The notes under the pieces were generated by a model. That model was not told the origin of the DNA and searched no databases. It saw only the letters and a list, made by a program, of their open reading frames with translations. Of a stretch of 64,000 nt of DNA, positions 23,260-37,200 are shown piece by piece (the first letter of the stretch is position 1; each line of letters begins with the position of its first letter). Source of the stretch: Takakia lepidozioides (taxonomy: Eukaryota > Plantae > Bryophyta); assembly GCA_030704615.1 (NCBI GenBank), contig CM060731.1, positions 92,876,001 through 92,940,000 of the forward strand, in the 5' to 3' direction. The position numbers and the translations under genes were made by a program.

Positions 23260-23898
23260 GCAAACCTGCTGATGGGTTGGGGAGTTTGCAGGGTGCTTTG
23301 CGCGCTTTCTCTTTTTTGGGGCTTCTTTCATCGTTTCCATCTCTGACTCCAAGCTGGTCTCATTCAAGTCTTCATGTGCGGCATAATCTTGGTCTCGCTG
23401 CAATTCTTGCTCTCGTGCCTCCTCTGTGTCTGACTCCGCTACCACCTGCGCTTCCTCCTCTTGCTCTACCTCTTTCTCCCGTTGTGACATTGCAGAGTGC
23501 AGGAGTTGAACTCTGTGACTTCGGCGAGGAGGACCTGTGTGTTTGAGGATTTCCTCAACGAGGCGTTTAGGGCGACTCAATCTCGCTTCGACGCTGCAAA
23601 GAAGAAGAAGAAAGACAATGTCAGCAGCAGCAAAACCCTAACATATCCTCTCTGCAGGTTTGGAGCTTTTAATGCGGTTTCATGGCTAGGGCTAGGTAGG
23701 GCATATGAAAAAACGCAAGTTCGGACCTCTTTGCAATGTCGTAGATCTTCAGTCGTGCGAAGAATGCCTTGTTCTCCGCTTGATGCTTTGCTCGTTCTAC
23801 CTCCCTCGCTGTAGGCTTGCACCCTGGTGTAACTTCTGGACACTCTATGTCTGTCTCCATTTCCTGACGAGTCTCACTCAGTCGCCAAGATGATCCCC
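23260..23898 (-). pseudogene. Probable N-terminal exons of the CACTA B TnpA-like gene
   Basis: REVERAKHQAENKAFFARL motif, Glu-rich segment, NLS-like PKKRKR, GT/AG-flanked. Confidence 0.4.
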
Positions 23899-26262
23899 CA
23901 TGTCCATCTATGACAATGCAGAGATCATAAAAAATATTCAGAAAGCACTGAAGAGCGACCAATTTGCTACGACACTACGAAGTCAACTAAATCAACCTCG
24001 AGACAACCCACATGTTACAAACGACTTCGAATTCAAAGATGACTTACTTTATTTCAAGGGACTTCTCTGTGTACCTCCAGGACCTACACAACTGCGAATT
24101 CTTCAAACATATCATGATCTTCCGGCTGCATGACATTTCGGCTTCAACAAAACAATGGAATTGATCCAAGGACTATTGGTGGCCGCAGATGTGGAAACTC
24201 GTGAAAGAATTTATAAGATCTTGCGACACGTGTGTTAGAGCGAAGAGACCACGACATCAACCTTACGGCCTTCTTCAACCATTACCCATTCTCAATGGTC
24301 CATGGTCGTCTGTATCTATGGACTTTATTACGGACCTTCTGATTTCCAAGACCACCGATTCAATCATTGTTATTGTAGATCGTTTTACAAAGATGACACA
24401 TTTCATTCCATGTAATAAAACGGTTAACGGCGAGGAAACTGCAAGACTCTTCCTCAATAATATCTACTGCATTCATGGACTCCCGAAGGACATCGTATCT
24501 GATCGAGGACCACAGTTCATATCAAATTTCTGAAGGGGATTATTTCACATATTGGATACTAAGATCAATCTCTCTACAGCTAATCATCCACAGACTGATG
24601 GTCAAACCGAACGTGTAAACCAGAAGCAGTATCTTTGCTGTACGATAAATTATCACCAAGATAATTGGACGGACCTTCTGTCATTGGCTGAGTTTGCCTA
24701 CAACAACACTATACATTCTTCGACCAAACAAACTCCATTTTTCTCCAATTATGGTCATCATCCTCGAGCAAACATTTTCCACATGAAGACTGTTGGAAGT
24801 CCTGTTGTAGAAAACCTTGCTACTCATCTTGCTACGATTCACAAGGAGCTTACATTCCACCTCGCAGAAGCTCAAAAACAATACAAGGAGTATGCAGATC
24901 AACATCGCCAACTCCAACCCCAGTTCAAGGTCGGAGATCGTGTATGGCTTCTTCGACGGGATATACAAACCTCGCGACCATCAAAGAAGTTGGATTATCA
25001 ACGCCTGGGACCATTCAAAATTATTCGACAAATAAATCCGGTCAGTTTTCGGCTCAAACTCCCATGAAGTATGCGCATCCATCCAATCTTTCATGTTTCA
25101 TTATTGGAGTTGTATTATCCATCAAATATTCCAGGGAGAGTTTCCGTACCACCTCCACCAATCGAAGTCAATCAGGAAATCGAGTATGAAGTCGATGAAG
25201 TCCTAGAGTCTCGCATCAAGTATAAACGTCTTGAGTATTTCGTACATTGGAAAGGCTACGACATCAGCGAACGAACGTGAGAACCTTCATCCAACCTTGC
25301 CAATGCATCTGACAAAGTCCAAGAGTTTCATCAACGATATCTAGCTAAGCCCCGAGCTACACGTCAATAAGACGTCACAACGATGATGTCAGCCAAGTTA
25401 GCTTCAAGGTGAAGACTCTACATTCAATGTATCTGATACACACTAAGGAAGGAGGTTCCCCACCTCTAAGCAAGTCCAAGATTTTACCGCTCCTCGAGGA
25501 ACTCGGCGCTAGAAGAGGGGGTGATGTCACGAACATAGCCTAGAGAAACTTATCAGGAGTAAATACCAGAAATTACCAAGTTACCAAAAATTATCGTGAT
25601 TTACCATGATTTATCATAAGTTACCATTAGTTATCGGGAGTTTACCAAATTACCGAGAGTAACTTGGGAAAATGCTCAAGAAGCTTCATTTGGAGGAAAC
25701 TTCTTCATCAAGATACCTCTTTTGTTTAAAGAAACTTCTCCATCAAGATACCTCATTTGTTTAAGAAAACCTTTTCATCAAGAAACCTTTGTTTAACCTT
25801 GGAAACTTCTCTATCAAGATACCTCTTTTGTTTAAAGAAACTTCTCTATCAAGATACCTCCTTTGTTTAAGGAAACTTTTCTATCAAGAAACCTTTGTTT
25901 AACCTTGGAAACTTCTCCATCAAGAAACCTCTTTTAGGGAAGCCTCTTAGGGAACCTCCTAGTAGCTAGTATATATAGGAGGTGAGACTGGACACTCTTC
26001 AGTCTCGCCAACACAAGTTCAAGCTACTCTTGTTCCTAGTCCCAGTACTCCAGTCTAGCTTCCAGTACTCTAGCCCAGTTTCCAGCATTCCAGTATTCGA
26101 GTCGAGTTCCAGTATTTTGTACTCTTGTCCATTGTTATAAAGATCATCTTGATTCATGTTTAACCAGCATGCATTCGGCCACGCCGACCTTGACTTCTTG
26201 TCTAGTCTTGTACCTCTAGTCTGATATCTTGTTTGTGTTCAGTCATGTTCTCGTCCTTGACA
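23899..26262 (+). mobile_element. Tcn1-like chromovirus copy B: integrase, chromodomain, PPT and 3' LTR
   Basis: HHCC zinc finger, SMDFIT, SDRGPQF, QTDGQTERVN, chromodomain YEVDEVL..YFVHWKGY; PPT 25511-25524. Confidence 0.93.
25525..26262 (+). repeat. 3' LTR of chromovirus copy B
   Basis: TGTCAC...TTGACA termini; TATA at ~25970; internal ~30-bp GAAACTTCTCCATCAAGATACCTC repeats. Confidence 0.9.
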
Positions 26263-29200
26263 GAAATAAAGTAAGTCATCTTTGAATTCGAAGTCGTTTG
26301 TAACATGTGGGTTGTTTCGAGGTTGATTTAGTTGACTTCGTAGTGTCGTAGCAAATTGGTCGCTCTTCAATGCTTTCTGAATCTCCTTTATGATCTCTGC
26401 ATCGTCATAGGTGGACATAGATAGCATATTCAATTGGAGATTTGTTAGTTTTAAGATGATGGATTTATGTTGGTCAAAAGCTGCATCCCTTTCTTTTGGC
26501 GCAAGATACGATCGTCGAGAAAGAGCATCTAGTTTTCCTTGAAGATGTCCGGGACGGTAGGTAATAACAAAATCAAACCTTCCTAGTGACATACTCCATC
26601 TCGCTTGACATCGATTCAAAACACGAACACTCATACTCGAGGTTTTTGTTATCGGTATAGACAGTGACCTGATGTTTAGCTCCCTCCAATAGATGATGTC
26701 ACTCTTCAAAAGCATCGATAATCGCTAGAAGTTCTTTGTCATGGATTTCATAATTGATCTCCGCAGCGGAAAATTTGCGAGAACGAAAACCAACAGGGTG
26801 GAGTCGGCCATCTGTACCGTATTTATAGAGTATTGCGTCAAGTGCAAAGTCCGATGCATCTGCTTCCAAAAAGAATGGTTTAGATGGGTCTGCATGTACC
26901 AGTATTGGAGCCGTTATAAATGTCTGCTTCAACCTTTTAAATGTTTGGTCAGCCTTCTCGTCCCATACAAATTTGTCATTCCTTGTGAGTCGTGTCAATG
27001 GTGCAGCAATTTTGGAGTAGTCATTGATGAAGATTCTATAGAAATTTGCAAATCCCAGAAAACATTGTACATCTCGGACCGAAGTTGGTTTAATCCACTC
27101 GATCACGGTTTGTATTTTCTTCTGATCCATAAAGACGCCTTTGTCGAAAATAATGTAGCCCAGATTTTCGACCTCAGATTGATGGAAAAGACATTTTTTC
27201 AACTTGGCATAATATAGTCCTCTTTCTCTTAATTTATCAAGGACAAGGCGTACATGGCGGCCATGTTCTTCTTCATTCTGTGAAAATATCAAAATGTCGT
27301 CCAAATAGATGACAACAAAGTCATTTAAAAATTTCGAAATATGTCATTCATCATATGTTGGAAAATTGCTGGAGCATTTGTAAGACCGAAAGGCATAACA
27401 CTGTATTCAAAATGTCCATACCTTGTTCGAAAATCTATTTTCCATTCGTCTCCTTCTTTTATCCGTACAAGGTTATAAGCTCATCTCAAGTCAATTTTGG
27501 TGAAAATCTTCGCTGGTCTCAGTTGGTCGAGAAGCCCAGAAATCAGCGGCAACGGATAACGATTCTTAATTGTGACTTTGTTGAGACCGCGATAGTCCAC
27601 ACACATACGTAATGATCCGTCATTTTTTTTCACAATCAAGATAGACGCCCCTGCAGGTGATTTTGAATGTCGGATGAAGTTTTTCGACAAATTTTCATCA
27701 ATATACTCATGTAATGCAGCCAACTCCGTCTGGGATAAGTTATAGATTGGGCCGAATGGTGATTGGGCTCCTTCTTGTAACTCAATTGCACAGTCATAAG
27801 GTCGATGTTCTGGCAATATGTCTGTATTTTTCTTCTCGAAGACATCCTTGAAATCTTGATATTGAGTGGGGTAATGTCGAAGTATTTTTGTTTGTTGTGG
27901 TTTTAATCGGAGTCGCATAAAATACAAATACCGCATCTTTTTTGGTAGCTCTCATGAAAGCTGTAGCTCCAAGGAACCAGGGAAGTCCAAGGATCATAGG
28001 ATTCGTTGGAGACGGAATGATGTTGAAAACAATATGTGATGTTTGATCTTCAAGCTTCACTTCAAGTGGTCGAGTTTCATGGTCAACATTTCCTGATGCT
28101 AACGGTCGTCCATCGATGACTTCAACGGGGGCCGAGAGTTTCTTCTTTACGAGCGTTAAATTGTGTTGCTTCGCAAAGTTTTTGTCAATAAAACATGCTG
28201 AAGCCTCTGAGTCCAAAAGTGCTTCTACAGAGATATCTCAATTTTGCACTCTGATTTTTACCGGAACTCTGAAGCAAGGTGCAGGGTCTGGAGGTAGAAA
28301 AAGATTTTTTTTGTGAGGAATTTGTGGTGTCCAGCCGCATGGTTCCTACTGTGACTGGACATCTTCGTTTTCCGACCTCTTCATATCGAACACTTGAGTT
28401 GCGCCCCGAGCTTTGAATCTTCTCTTGTTGGGGTAGTTTAATGTTATGTGATCTTCTTCTCCGCAATAGAGGCATAATCAATTCGAGCGCCGTCTTTGTT
28501 TTTCTTGTGGCGTCAATGGCTTGAATCAGACAGCATCAATCTGTATAGGATCAGTATCAGATGTCTGATGGATTGTTGTGTTTGGTGCCGTAGTAGCAGC
28601 GACATGATGCGTCGTCAACCATCCAGATCGTTTCTCTTGACGTCTTTCAAACAAACGATTATCGCATGCAATGACTTGGGTGATGAATTTGCTTAGTGTG
28701 CTCACGTTTGACATTGTCAGCAACAAATCTTTTACATCCTCTTTTAGTCCACATCGAAACTGACTAATGAGGCTCTTCTCATTCTAGTCGAGGTAGCACG
28801 TAAGTTGTCGAAATTCGGCAGCATAAACGGAAGTAAGACGTGCTCCTTGTCGAAGATTTCGCATCTTTGTCTCTGCAATTCTCTCCCTATCATTTTCTCC
28901 AAATGTTGCAGTGAATGCTTTAAAATTATATAGTAAATGCAATTTTTTTCTAATAGTGGTGCAAACCAAGATAGGGCAGTGCCTGATAGAATGGTGCCCA
29001 CGAATCCCACTTGAATATCTTTATCAGGGTAGCGCTGTGAATGTAGTCGTAGGAACAATCATATTTGTTGAACAAAACCGGGAAATCTTGCTTTTGTCCC
29101 ATCAAATTTCTCGGACAGGCTGATCTTTGGTTCTCTCGTAATCTGTTGAAGAGGAACCGTTGCAGTAGGAGCTGTTGCAGTAGAGACTCATTGGTTGAAG

Positions 29201-29958
29201 ATCCATTGTTCGACTCCTTTAACTCTGAAATTTGTTGTTGCAAATTGTGGAGAGCGTTGCCAAGATCTTGAGACTGATCAGCTTGTAATTGGGCGGTAGA
29301 GGTACAAAGTTCTTGCATCTGGAGCTGAAGACTCTGCAATGTGGCGACCATTTCCGCAGATGTGCCTTCCATCTTAACTAACTAAACAACAAACTTTAGT
29401 CTCGCCAAACTGTCAAGGTCGAGAGCATGACTGAATTCAAACAAGAGATCAAACTAGAGGTACAAGACTAGACAAGAAGTCAAGATCGGTATGCATGTGA
29501 TGGGTATGAATCAAGATGATCTTTATAACAATGGACAAGAGTACAAGATACTGGAACTTGATTTGGATACTGGAATGCTGGAAACTGGACTAGAGTACTA
29601 GAACTGAACTAGAGTACTGGAACCTGGACTGGAGTACTGGAACTGGAAACAAGAGTAGCTTAAACTTGTGTTGGCAAGACTGAAGAGTGTCAAGTCTCGC
29701 CTCCTATATATATTGGCTACTAGGAGGTTCTCTAAGAGGCTTCCCCACAGAAGGTTTCTTGATGGAGAAGTTTCCTTAAACAAAAGAGGTATCTTGATGG
29801 AGAAATTTCCTTAAACAAATGAGGTATCTTGATGGAGAATTTTCCTCCAAAGGAAGCTTCCTGAGCAGCTTCCCAAGTTACTCTCGGTAATTTGGTAAAC
29901 ATTTGGTAACTTGATGACTAATGGTAACTTATGGTAAATTATGATAGATCACGGTAAC
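26263..29958 (-). mobile_element. Tcn1-like chromovirus copy A: 5' LTR (29411-29958, interrupted), gag, protease, RT, RNase H
   Basis: [56 protein letters not shown]; LTR homologous to 25525-26262. Confidence 0.93.
29398..29408 (-). promoter_or_regulatory. Self-priming-type PBS (TTGGCGAGACT)
   Basis: 2 nt after the LTR end; complementary to AGTCTCGCCAA located ~30 nt downstream of the LTR TATA box (26001-26011; 29681-29671). Confidence 0.75.
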
Positions 29959-32900
29959 CGTTAGAGGGCTGCTTGGGACTTAGACGTTTTTACGGGTTCT
30001 GTGGGGTATCCTTAATTTTCGCGCAGACTTATGAATGGTAGACTGAGACCAACAGGAGCCTTAGGGGTGGCAGGCGCAGGCTTTAGGGGGGTTAGACAGC
30101 TCGTCACAGTCTATCACAGCCCGACACAGCTTTACACAGCCTATCACAGTCTATCACAGCTAGACACAGCCAGTCACAGCCCGACACAGCTTTATACAGC
30201 CCGTCACAATCTATCACAGCCAGACACAGTCTGACACAGCTCGATACAGCTTCGCACAGCCAGTCACAGCCCGACACAGCTTTACACAGCCAGTCACAGC
30301 TTGACACAGCCTGTCACAGTACATGGGGAACAATTATCATTGACATGGAACGATTGTGTGGGAACGACATCTGCAGAAGGAACGTGTTACTTCAGGGGTG
30401 ACGGTTAGTTAGTTAGGTGGTTAGAACAGCTTGCGGGTAGATTAGGCAGAGCGGCAACAGGAAGGGGATCACTTCTTGAGGAGGGGGACTTGTTCAGGAG
30501 AGAAGAAGACGTAACGGAGAGCGGAAACAGTGAAGATGAGATGATTACTTGATTGAGGCTTAATTCATGCAAGCTGTAAAATTATACAATAGGGTAGATT
30601 AGAGACACCATGGCATAGGCATGATACATGATTAATCTTAATCCGATACTGAATCGATACAAACATACTATGTAGAGAGACACGAGAGAAACTGTGGAAT
30701 GAATGCATGTTTAATTGGAACCTAGTAGATACTGAAGCAATCTGATGCTTCAGTATACACAGTAAGGTAAATTGATAACATGAAGGCAAGAAGGAATACA
30801 AATAGGAAGCACAACCATGATTCACTAGCTGCAGGTCATGACTGATTGTTCTGAGCGGGCTGAGTGCTTAGAGATATCCAACTCTTCTATCTTGGAGTTT
30901 CCACCTCGGATAGCGAAGGGATGGGCGAGTAAAAGCCGCTCGACATTTGGCGACCGTACTGGGAGACTGGGTCATGAACAACCAGATGTGACAGGCATCT
31001 GGTGGGATCATGGTGGTTGGAGAATTAAAGAATTTGATGTGAATCAAATCCCCTGTGGAACTAAGAAGGAAAGATTGTCCAAACAATTCTTTCAGAGGTT
31101 CTTGGAATTGCCAGACGGTTGTAAAGAAAACATTCTTAAGAGAGTGCATGATGTTGACCCTGAGTGGGGTCTGGAGAAAGGAGTGATAAAGATTTATCAG
31201 GTGGCCTGTAGATGAAGAGCACATTGGTTACCAACACTAGTTTATGTGATAGCATTGCTATCCATTAAGCGAGTAGAGTTTGAAGGCTGGGAGGAAAGGA
31301 AGGTGAATGTTTATACTCATATGCATGAGGAGCTTGTACGGGTAAAGAATTGGATTCCAAAGGATATTCTGTGGATCAAACTCACACCAAGAACAGCTTT
31401 TCAGACTTGTTTGCCATATGGTTATATGGTAACGGAGACTTCTAGTATAGCCAAGGGTGCATTGAAGCTAAGAAACCCAGGCATATACGAGAGATACTAC
31501 AGAAGAGAGTTTTGGTTATTGCCACATTAAGGAAATGAAAGACATAGGACATGAGTGATGAAAGAAAAGCTAGACTCCAGAGATATTCAGCAAAAAAAGA
31601 AAGTTATCTGAAAGCTAATTATCCATATCTTTGGGAGAGAGGAATAGACATAAGGGAATCATCTGGACCTCTCACACCATTAAGATCAGAGAGTACATCA
31701 CCCATACCGGAAGAACTAGAGTTGGATGCCACTCCTTCTTATTCTTTGCAAGAAAGATTAAGGGAATTGGTACATGAAGAAGATCAACCACGAGGTGAAA
31801 GATCTGAGGTACATCCCTGGATAAAAGATTTGACAGAAATCTTTGATAAGAGTTGGCATGGAACACCAAAAGCAGGAACTCCAGTTTCTGAAACGGAAGA
31901 TGAAGAAGGAGGAGAGGATGTGGCAGAGCCAACGGAGAGTTCAGACTCTCCAACACCATTGCAATTGAGTTACATGAGTGAAGAAGAAGAAACCCAAGGG
32001 CAGAACTTGGAAGATGAAAACAGAGAGAAGAAATTGGAAGATGAAGAGTATGAAGAAGTAGACCCAACAGCTGAGGTTGAGACTACAACCAGGACATCCC
32101 AACCCGTTGGACCTGGATCAAGTGGAGCACTTGGATCACAGGCCAATGAAGGTGTCGGCTCAGGGGGATCAGGCGGGCAGCCTGGATCTGGCTCTGGGGG
32201 GACAGGGAGTGTGGGAAGTAGTGCAATTGGAGCTAGGAATACTGTGAATATAGTGGGGCCACTAGCAGGGAGTGCTCAGGGGCCAGCACTTGATGGAAGT
32301 TCCACCACAATTACAACAGGTCCTCAAGGACCAGCACCAGCAAGGGGGCCAGCACCTGTCAGTGGGCAGGGGGTAGGGCCACAGATGGCGTTACAACCAA
32401 CACAGGCAAAACCACCTTTTCCAATATATTCAGGAAAAGGGGATCCTGATGTACACATTAGCCAATTTGAGCACATGTGTATAGTGAACAATGAGAATGG
32501 CGATGATGCCAAGATGAGACTGTTTCCTTGTTCACTTATAAAGAAAGCAAGTGAATGGTATGCTAGACCTAACCTGGAATGGCTTGAATACAACATTCCG
32601 AAATAGGTTCAGGACAAGTAAAATTGAGGATGAAGCATATGGAAGTTTACAACAGTTAAAGCAAATGAAGCATGAAACTGTTGATGAGTATATGGAAAAG
32701 ATGGAATTGATGATGAAAAAGCTGGCTGCTGTACCAGCACCAGGTTTACAGAAGACTTGGTTTGTGAGTGGACTAAGACCAGAGTTGCAAAAAAAAATGG
32801 ATATGTTACCCCATAATACAGTGGAGGAGGCATTTGAAACAACAAACATAATCGAGCAATTGGGAATGCTCAGGAGAGAGAAAAGGGATGATGAGGACTC

Positions 32901-33658
32901 TGAGGATGAGTCAGATGAGGAAGAAGAGCAAGAGCTTAAGAGGAAGAGTAAGAGGAAGGAAAAGTTGAAGAGGGATAACTATGAGAAAAGATTATAAGAA
33001 ATCTTGAAGAAGTATGCCACAGAGGCTGCAACACATTGGAGGAAGGGTGTTTGGTGTGCAAAATGTCAGAATGAAGGCCATACCACCACTGAATGCCACA
33101 TAAAGGAGAAACATTGTACTATCTGTAAAATGGATAACCATTCTACTGAGAATTGTTACTACAACATAAGGATAGCAACAAGAGAACCTAGGCAAGTAAG
33201 GATGCATCAAGTGCAGCCCCAACCAAGAAGAAATAGCGATCAGGACCACTATGGTAGGCCTGGTGGTTATAACAATGGCATGGAAGGGAGAGGTAATCCA
33301 AGAGGGAATTACCAAGGAAATTCCAGAGGCAACTATCAGGGTAATCCAAGGGGGAATTACCAGCTACTGCATACAATCTACAATGTGTGCATACAAATTT
33401 GTCACATACATATATAATAAGGGATTTTGTGCATGCATGCACGCAACCTGTGCATATGGAATAGCAACCCCCTGAGCTGCCACCACTGGCCCCTCATTCA
33501 CAGGAGCTCTCATCTCATTCTGGTGTCTGATCCAGAATGGACAGGCTGCCTTGTGATGTCCTGCCTGATTACAATAGTAACACAATTCTTCCCCATTAGG
33601 TCCTCGCCCTTGGTCTGTTCTGGGATTGTTTCTGTAATCCTGATTCCCGGAGTTATAT
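29959..33658 (+). mobile_element. Tat-like Ty3/gypsy element (family L1), 5' part only
   Basis: LTR 29959-30945, PBS TGGCGACCGTACTGGGAG at 30948-30965 (tRNA-Arg-like), pre-gag ORF remnants, gag; inserted into the chromovirus LTR. Confidence 0.88.
31551..33363 (+). pseudogene. gag: Gag with long acidic/Gly-rich N-terminus and several zinc knuckles (frameshifted)
   Basis: FPIYSGKGDPDVHI, LFPCSL..KASEWY, LKQMKHETVDEY, CAKCQNEGHTTTEC, CTICKMDNHSTENC; third knuckle inverted at ~33440-33658. Confidence 0.85.
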
Positions 33659-34202
33659 AACATAGAATACGACGTATTTATTGCATATGCAAATGTTACA
33701 TCATATGTATATAGAATAAAATAAAATAAAAATCTTAGCTAACAAAATCAGTAGTCAATGGTCAAAGATGCATGTGACCACTAACTCCAACTAATGCACC
33801 ACCTTAAACTGAAGAGAATACAAGATCCCTGGCCAAAGTAATAGTTTGCAAACTTGTATTCAAGGAAAACAGTTTCATATTAACCAAAATATGGACTTTT
33901 GTACTAACAAATGCATATGTGTCATGTTTGGAACCACCACATTGCATGTCTGTTTGTAATGCCAAGCAGTTCTATAATTTGAAAACTTGTATGACAGGTA
34001 CATAAGTTCCATTTTAACCAAAATAGGAACTTCTGTACTAACAAATGCTATGTGTCATGTTTGGAATAAAGTAGTAACAAGATAATTACATGTCAAATGC
34101 ATGAAAATGAACGGCACAAGTTAGAGGTTCTTTTTTTGTGCATTTCATGTGTCACTAAGAAGTTGAACTAGGGTCCTTCTTTAGCATAGCCCTAACCTCT
34201 AA

Positions 34203-37200
34203 CTAGCTAAGGGAAGGTTGGTGGATCTCATAAGCCCCGGCGCATCCTAGATACACGTTGTACATGAAGTACATGTGCTTACAAGGTAGATATGTTTGTT
34301 TTTTCTTCTTGACAGATAGCTCATCAAAGTCGGGACAATCACAAGATGGAAACTGACCAATGTATACATTGTAAACCAATCCTGCTCTGGTAGATCCCTC
34401 TGTTTGTAGCTGGTAAATTCTCCCATAACCTGGCTGAGGCACGTTTCTGAATCCACGAACCTCAGCAATAAGAGTCTCCGCTGACTTTGGCGACTCAAGT
34501 GTCGAGGAGTCGGATCCCGACGCCGAATGCGCACCCCATAGCGTGTAGTGGGATACTTACCCACAGGAAGGACAACATATGTTGTTCCACTGGAAGTGGT
34601 CCCACAAGAAAATTCGGATCAGGAACGTTGGGAGGATGGACTAGTCAAAAACCTGCAAGGGTCAAGATGTCCACCTCTTCTTGTGTAAGGTTGGTTCCAA
34701 CCTTCACAGGCCACACGTTAGGTATACCCAGTTTTCCCAAGCAATAGGATGGCACGGTCCCTCCAACACACGACAAAACATCTGTGGGGCAAAACCAAAA
34801 AACTTGCAGTTTGGTTCTTTCATGTTCGGTGCTAGTAACTTGCCAGTGAAGCAAGGTGCAGGACTTCCTTTACCTTTCCTGATGAGCGCTTTGCATTTAT
34901 CTTTGGAAACTCCAACCAAGGCAGAACAACGAACCATGGAAGCAGGACCTGTCCGCTGAATCCTGAACAATGCATCGGAAAAGTCTTGTGTTTCTCTCAC
35001 TGGATTTCCCCATTGCATTGGCTGAGGAGGGATAGCAACATGTGGATTTGTCTCACAGAAAGTTGAAGAACCAGGAATGTCATGACTTGATTTGGAGCTG
35101 ACAAACCTAGATGACTGGTGTGGACTGGGCATCCCAGTGGCGCGCACTGGAACAGTCTTTACATTCATATCACACCTCCAAGATTCGTTTGGCCCACCAT
35201 GCTCATTGCCTAACTTGCGTTTGACTGGAATAGTGCGATTGTCTCCCTCCAATTGAACCCCCTTTGTGTGCATGGGTGTTCCAGCTACCATGCCACGTAC
35301 AACCTTACCCATTTTTGCTGGGCTATTAGATCTAGCTGCTTGACGCAACATGAGCTCCTCTTTGTCGGGCCCCGTCCCCCATGTCTTTCCTGTGGTGTGC
35401 CTGTAAAATATTGCCAGCTGCAAAAGAGCTCGTGACATGTCATGCATGGTGGCCTCATATAGATCCACCTTCATTTTTTTCCCATTGCCTGCTGTCTTCC
35501 ACCAAGCAGAATGGACTGCCTCAGACAAATTAGTGGTAGGCATATCTGCATCTGCCTCCACATCCATGTCCTCTCTCATCCATTGGCCCCACATTCGATA
35601 TCTGTAGTGCCACCATGCAAGCCATGAATCCAGTTTTGGCAGACTCTTTTCTGTGCATGCTCCTGAAGAGAGCCACCAAGCCCGAATTGCAATGTATGTG
35701 GTTGTAGCATCCTCCAAGGTAGCACTATCTTTCCATTCATAACAGAGCTGAGTGTGCCTTTCACGGAAGTCCTCCAAGATATAGTCGTTGGTGTGTCTTC
35801 GGAGGCTTTCAGCCCAATGATATAAACATGTTCTTTCTTTACCTTCCATTGGGACATTGGGATCAGATCCATAAACCCTTCGAACAGCAGCCCAATTCGC
35901 TCCTGCTGCATCCGCCATGAAGCCAGCAAAATTTGGTTTGTTCAAGCCAGCAAGTTTTGCTTGTTCATTGATCATCTCCCAGAATAACACCTGAGCATCT
36001 GCATCCTCTGTTTTCATATCGCAAATGGCAATGGTCATCATTCGCTTGACATATGGTTCATAGACATGACACGCAAGAGTTGTCCAATCCTTGATGCGTT
36101 TGACATGGTCAAATACTACCCAACTTGTGCGTAGATCCCCCTCACTCATGCGACGCACAAGATCAACACCACTCCTGGGACCAGCAACAAATCTTGAAAA
36201 CATGGGGGAGATGAGAAGTATGCTGGCCTGGAAGGGGATTGCTGTGAATGAAATGGTATAAACTCAGACGCTTCAACTCCAATATGGACATGATGGAATT
36301 GACACGTGCAGATGCGACCTTGTTTTTCACACTGGGGCTACAAACATGGGCAAACTCTTCAAGAATATCTTCCAAAGCCTCTCCCTCAAGACGTACTGTC
36401 TCTGTGCCATCAGCCACAAGAACTCGATCAATCAAGAGCTTTTGGGCCATTGACAAGGAAATAGCTCTCGGGGTCGACCATGGCTTCATCTTAACGTGCT
36501 CTTGAATCATGCTTGATGCATTTTCCGCAGCCTCTCTATTCTCGCCCTTGGCACATGGATGGTTATGAAACCCAACGTGAACTGCAACACATGTATATGT
36601 TGGAAGGGAACTTGTGACATAGTACATTCTTGCCCCACAATGCGCCTCACAGAAAGGTCTTTCTTTGCAGAAACTACACTTGAACTGGTTGAATGGAACT
36701 TGGGCTCCTGCAATGAACACCTTGTCTGCATTGCCTTCCCAATAGCGGTCATTCCGTTCTCCTTCTTTCTTGAAGAAGGGGCAAGTGTGCTTTGACATAT
36801 GAGCTTTCCAACACAAAGAACCTTACTACATTTCACATGATCTGGAACACCAGACATATTGTAGGTATTGGTCTTGCACCAAGGATGACCATCAAACTTG
36901 CGGTCCATGCCTTGGAGGGACTGTGAACCACGGTCCGTACGTAGTTTGACCACAGGGGGGAGTTCGTGGATCACTTTTCCATCAAAAGCTCGAGGAAGAC
37001 ACCGAACACGATGCACTGGAATGTGACTATAGTCCAAGGTAGAAAGCTCTCCTTTTGATCCATTCCTCCGAGCAGTGGCGAAGATACTCAAAATGGACAA
37101 CACACCAGAAGGAAATGCAGATGTAGCCTCCCCTGCTAGTCGTGGAGATGAAGATAAACCCCTCGCAGATTCGCAACAATCAGACGTGGTGTTGTCCAAT

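Larger units (their letters stand above)
16899..23898 (-). mobile_element. CACTA/En-Spm element B (3' TIR at 16899; 5' part lost), with a LINE inserted
   Basis: CACTAGTACAGAA starts exactly where the RNase H is cut; spliced TnpA-like gene on the minus strand; right boundary approximate. Confidence 0.7.

Noticed and set aside
423-30945. The two similar LTRs as the ends of one 30-kb element
   Set aside because: The first is preceded by a PPT (3' LTR) and the second is followed by a PBS (5' LTR), so they belong to separate insertions
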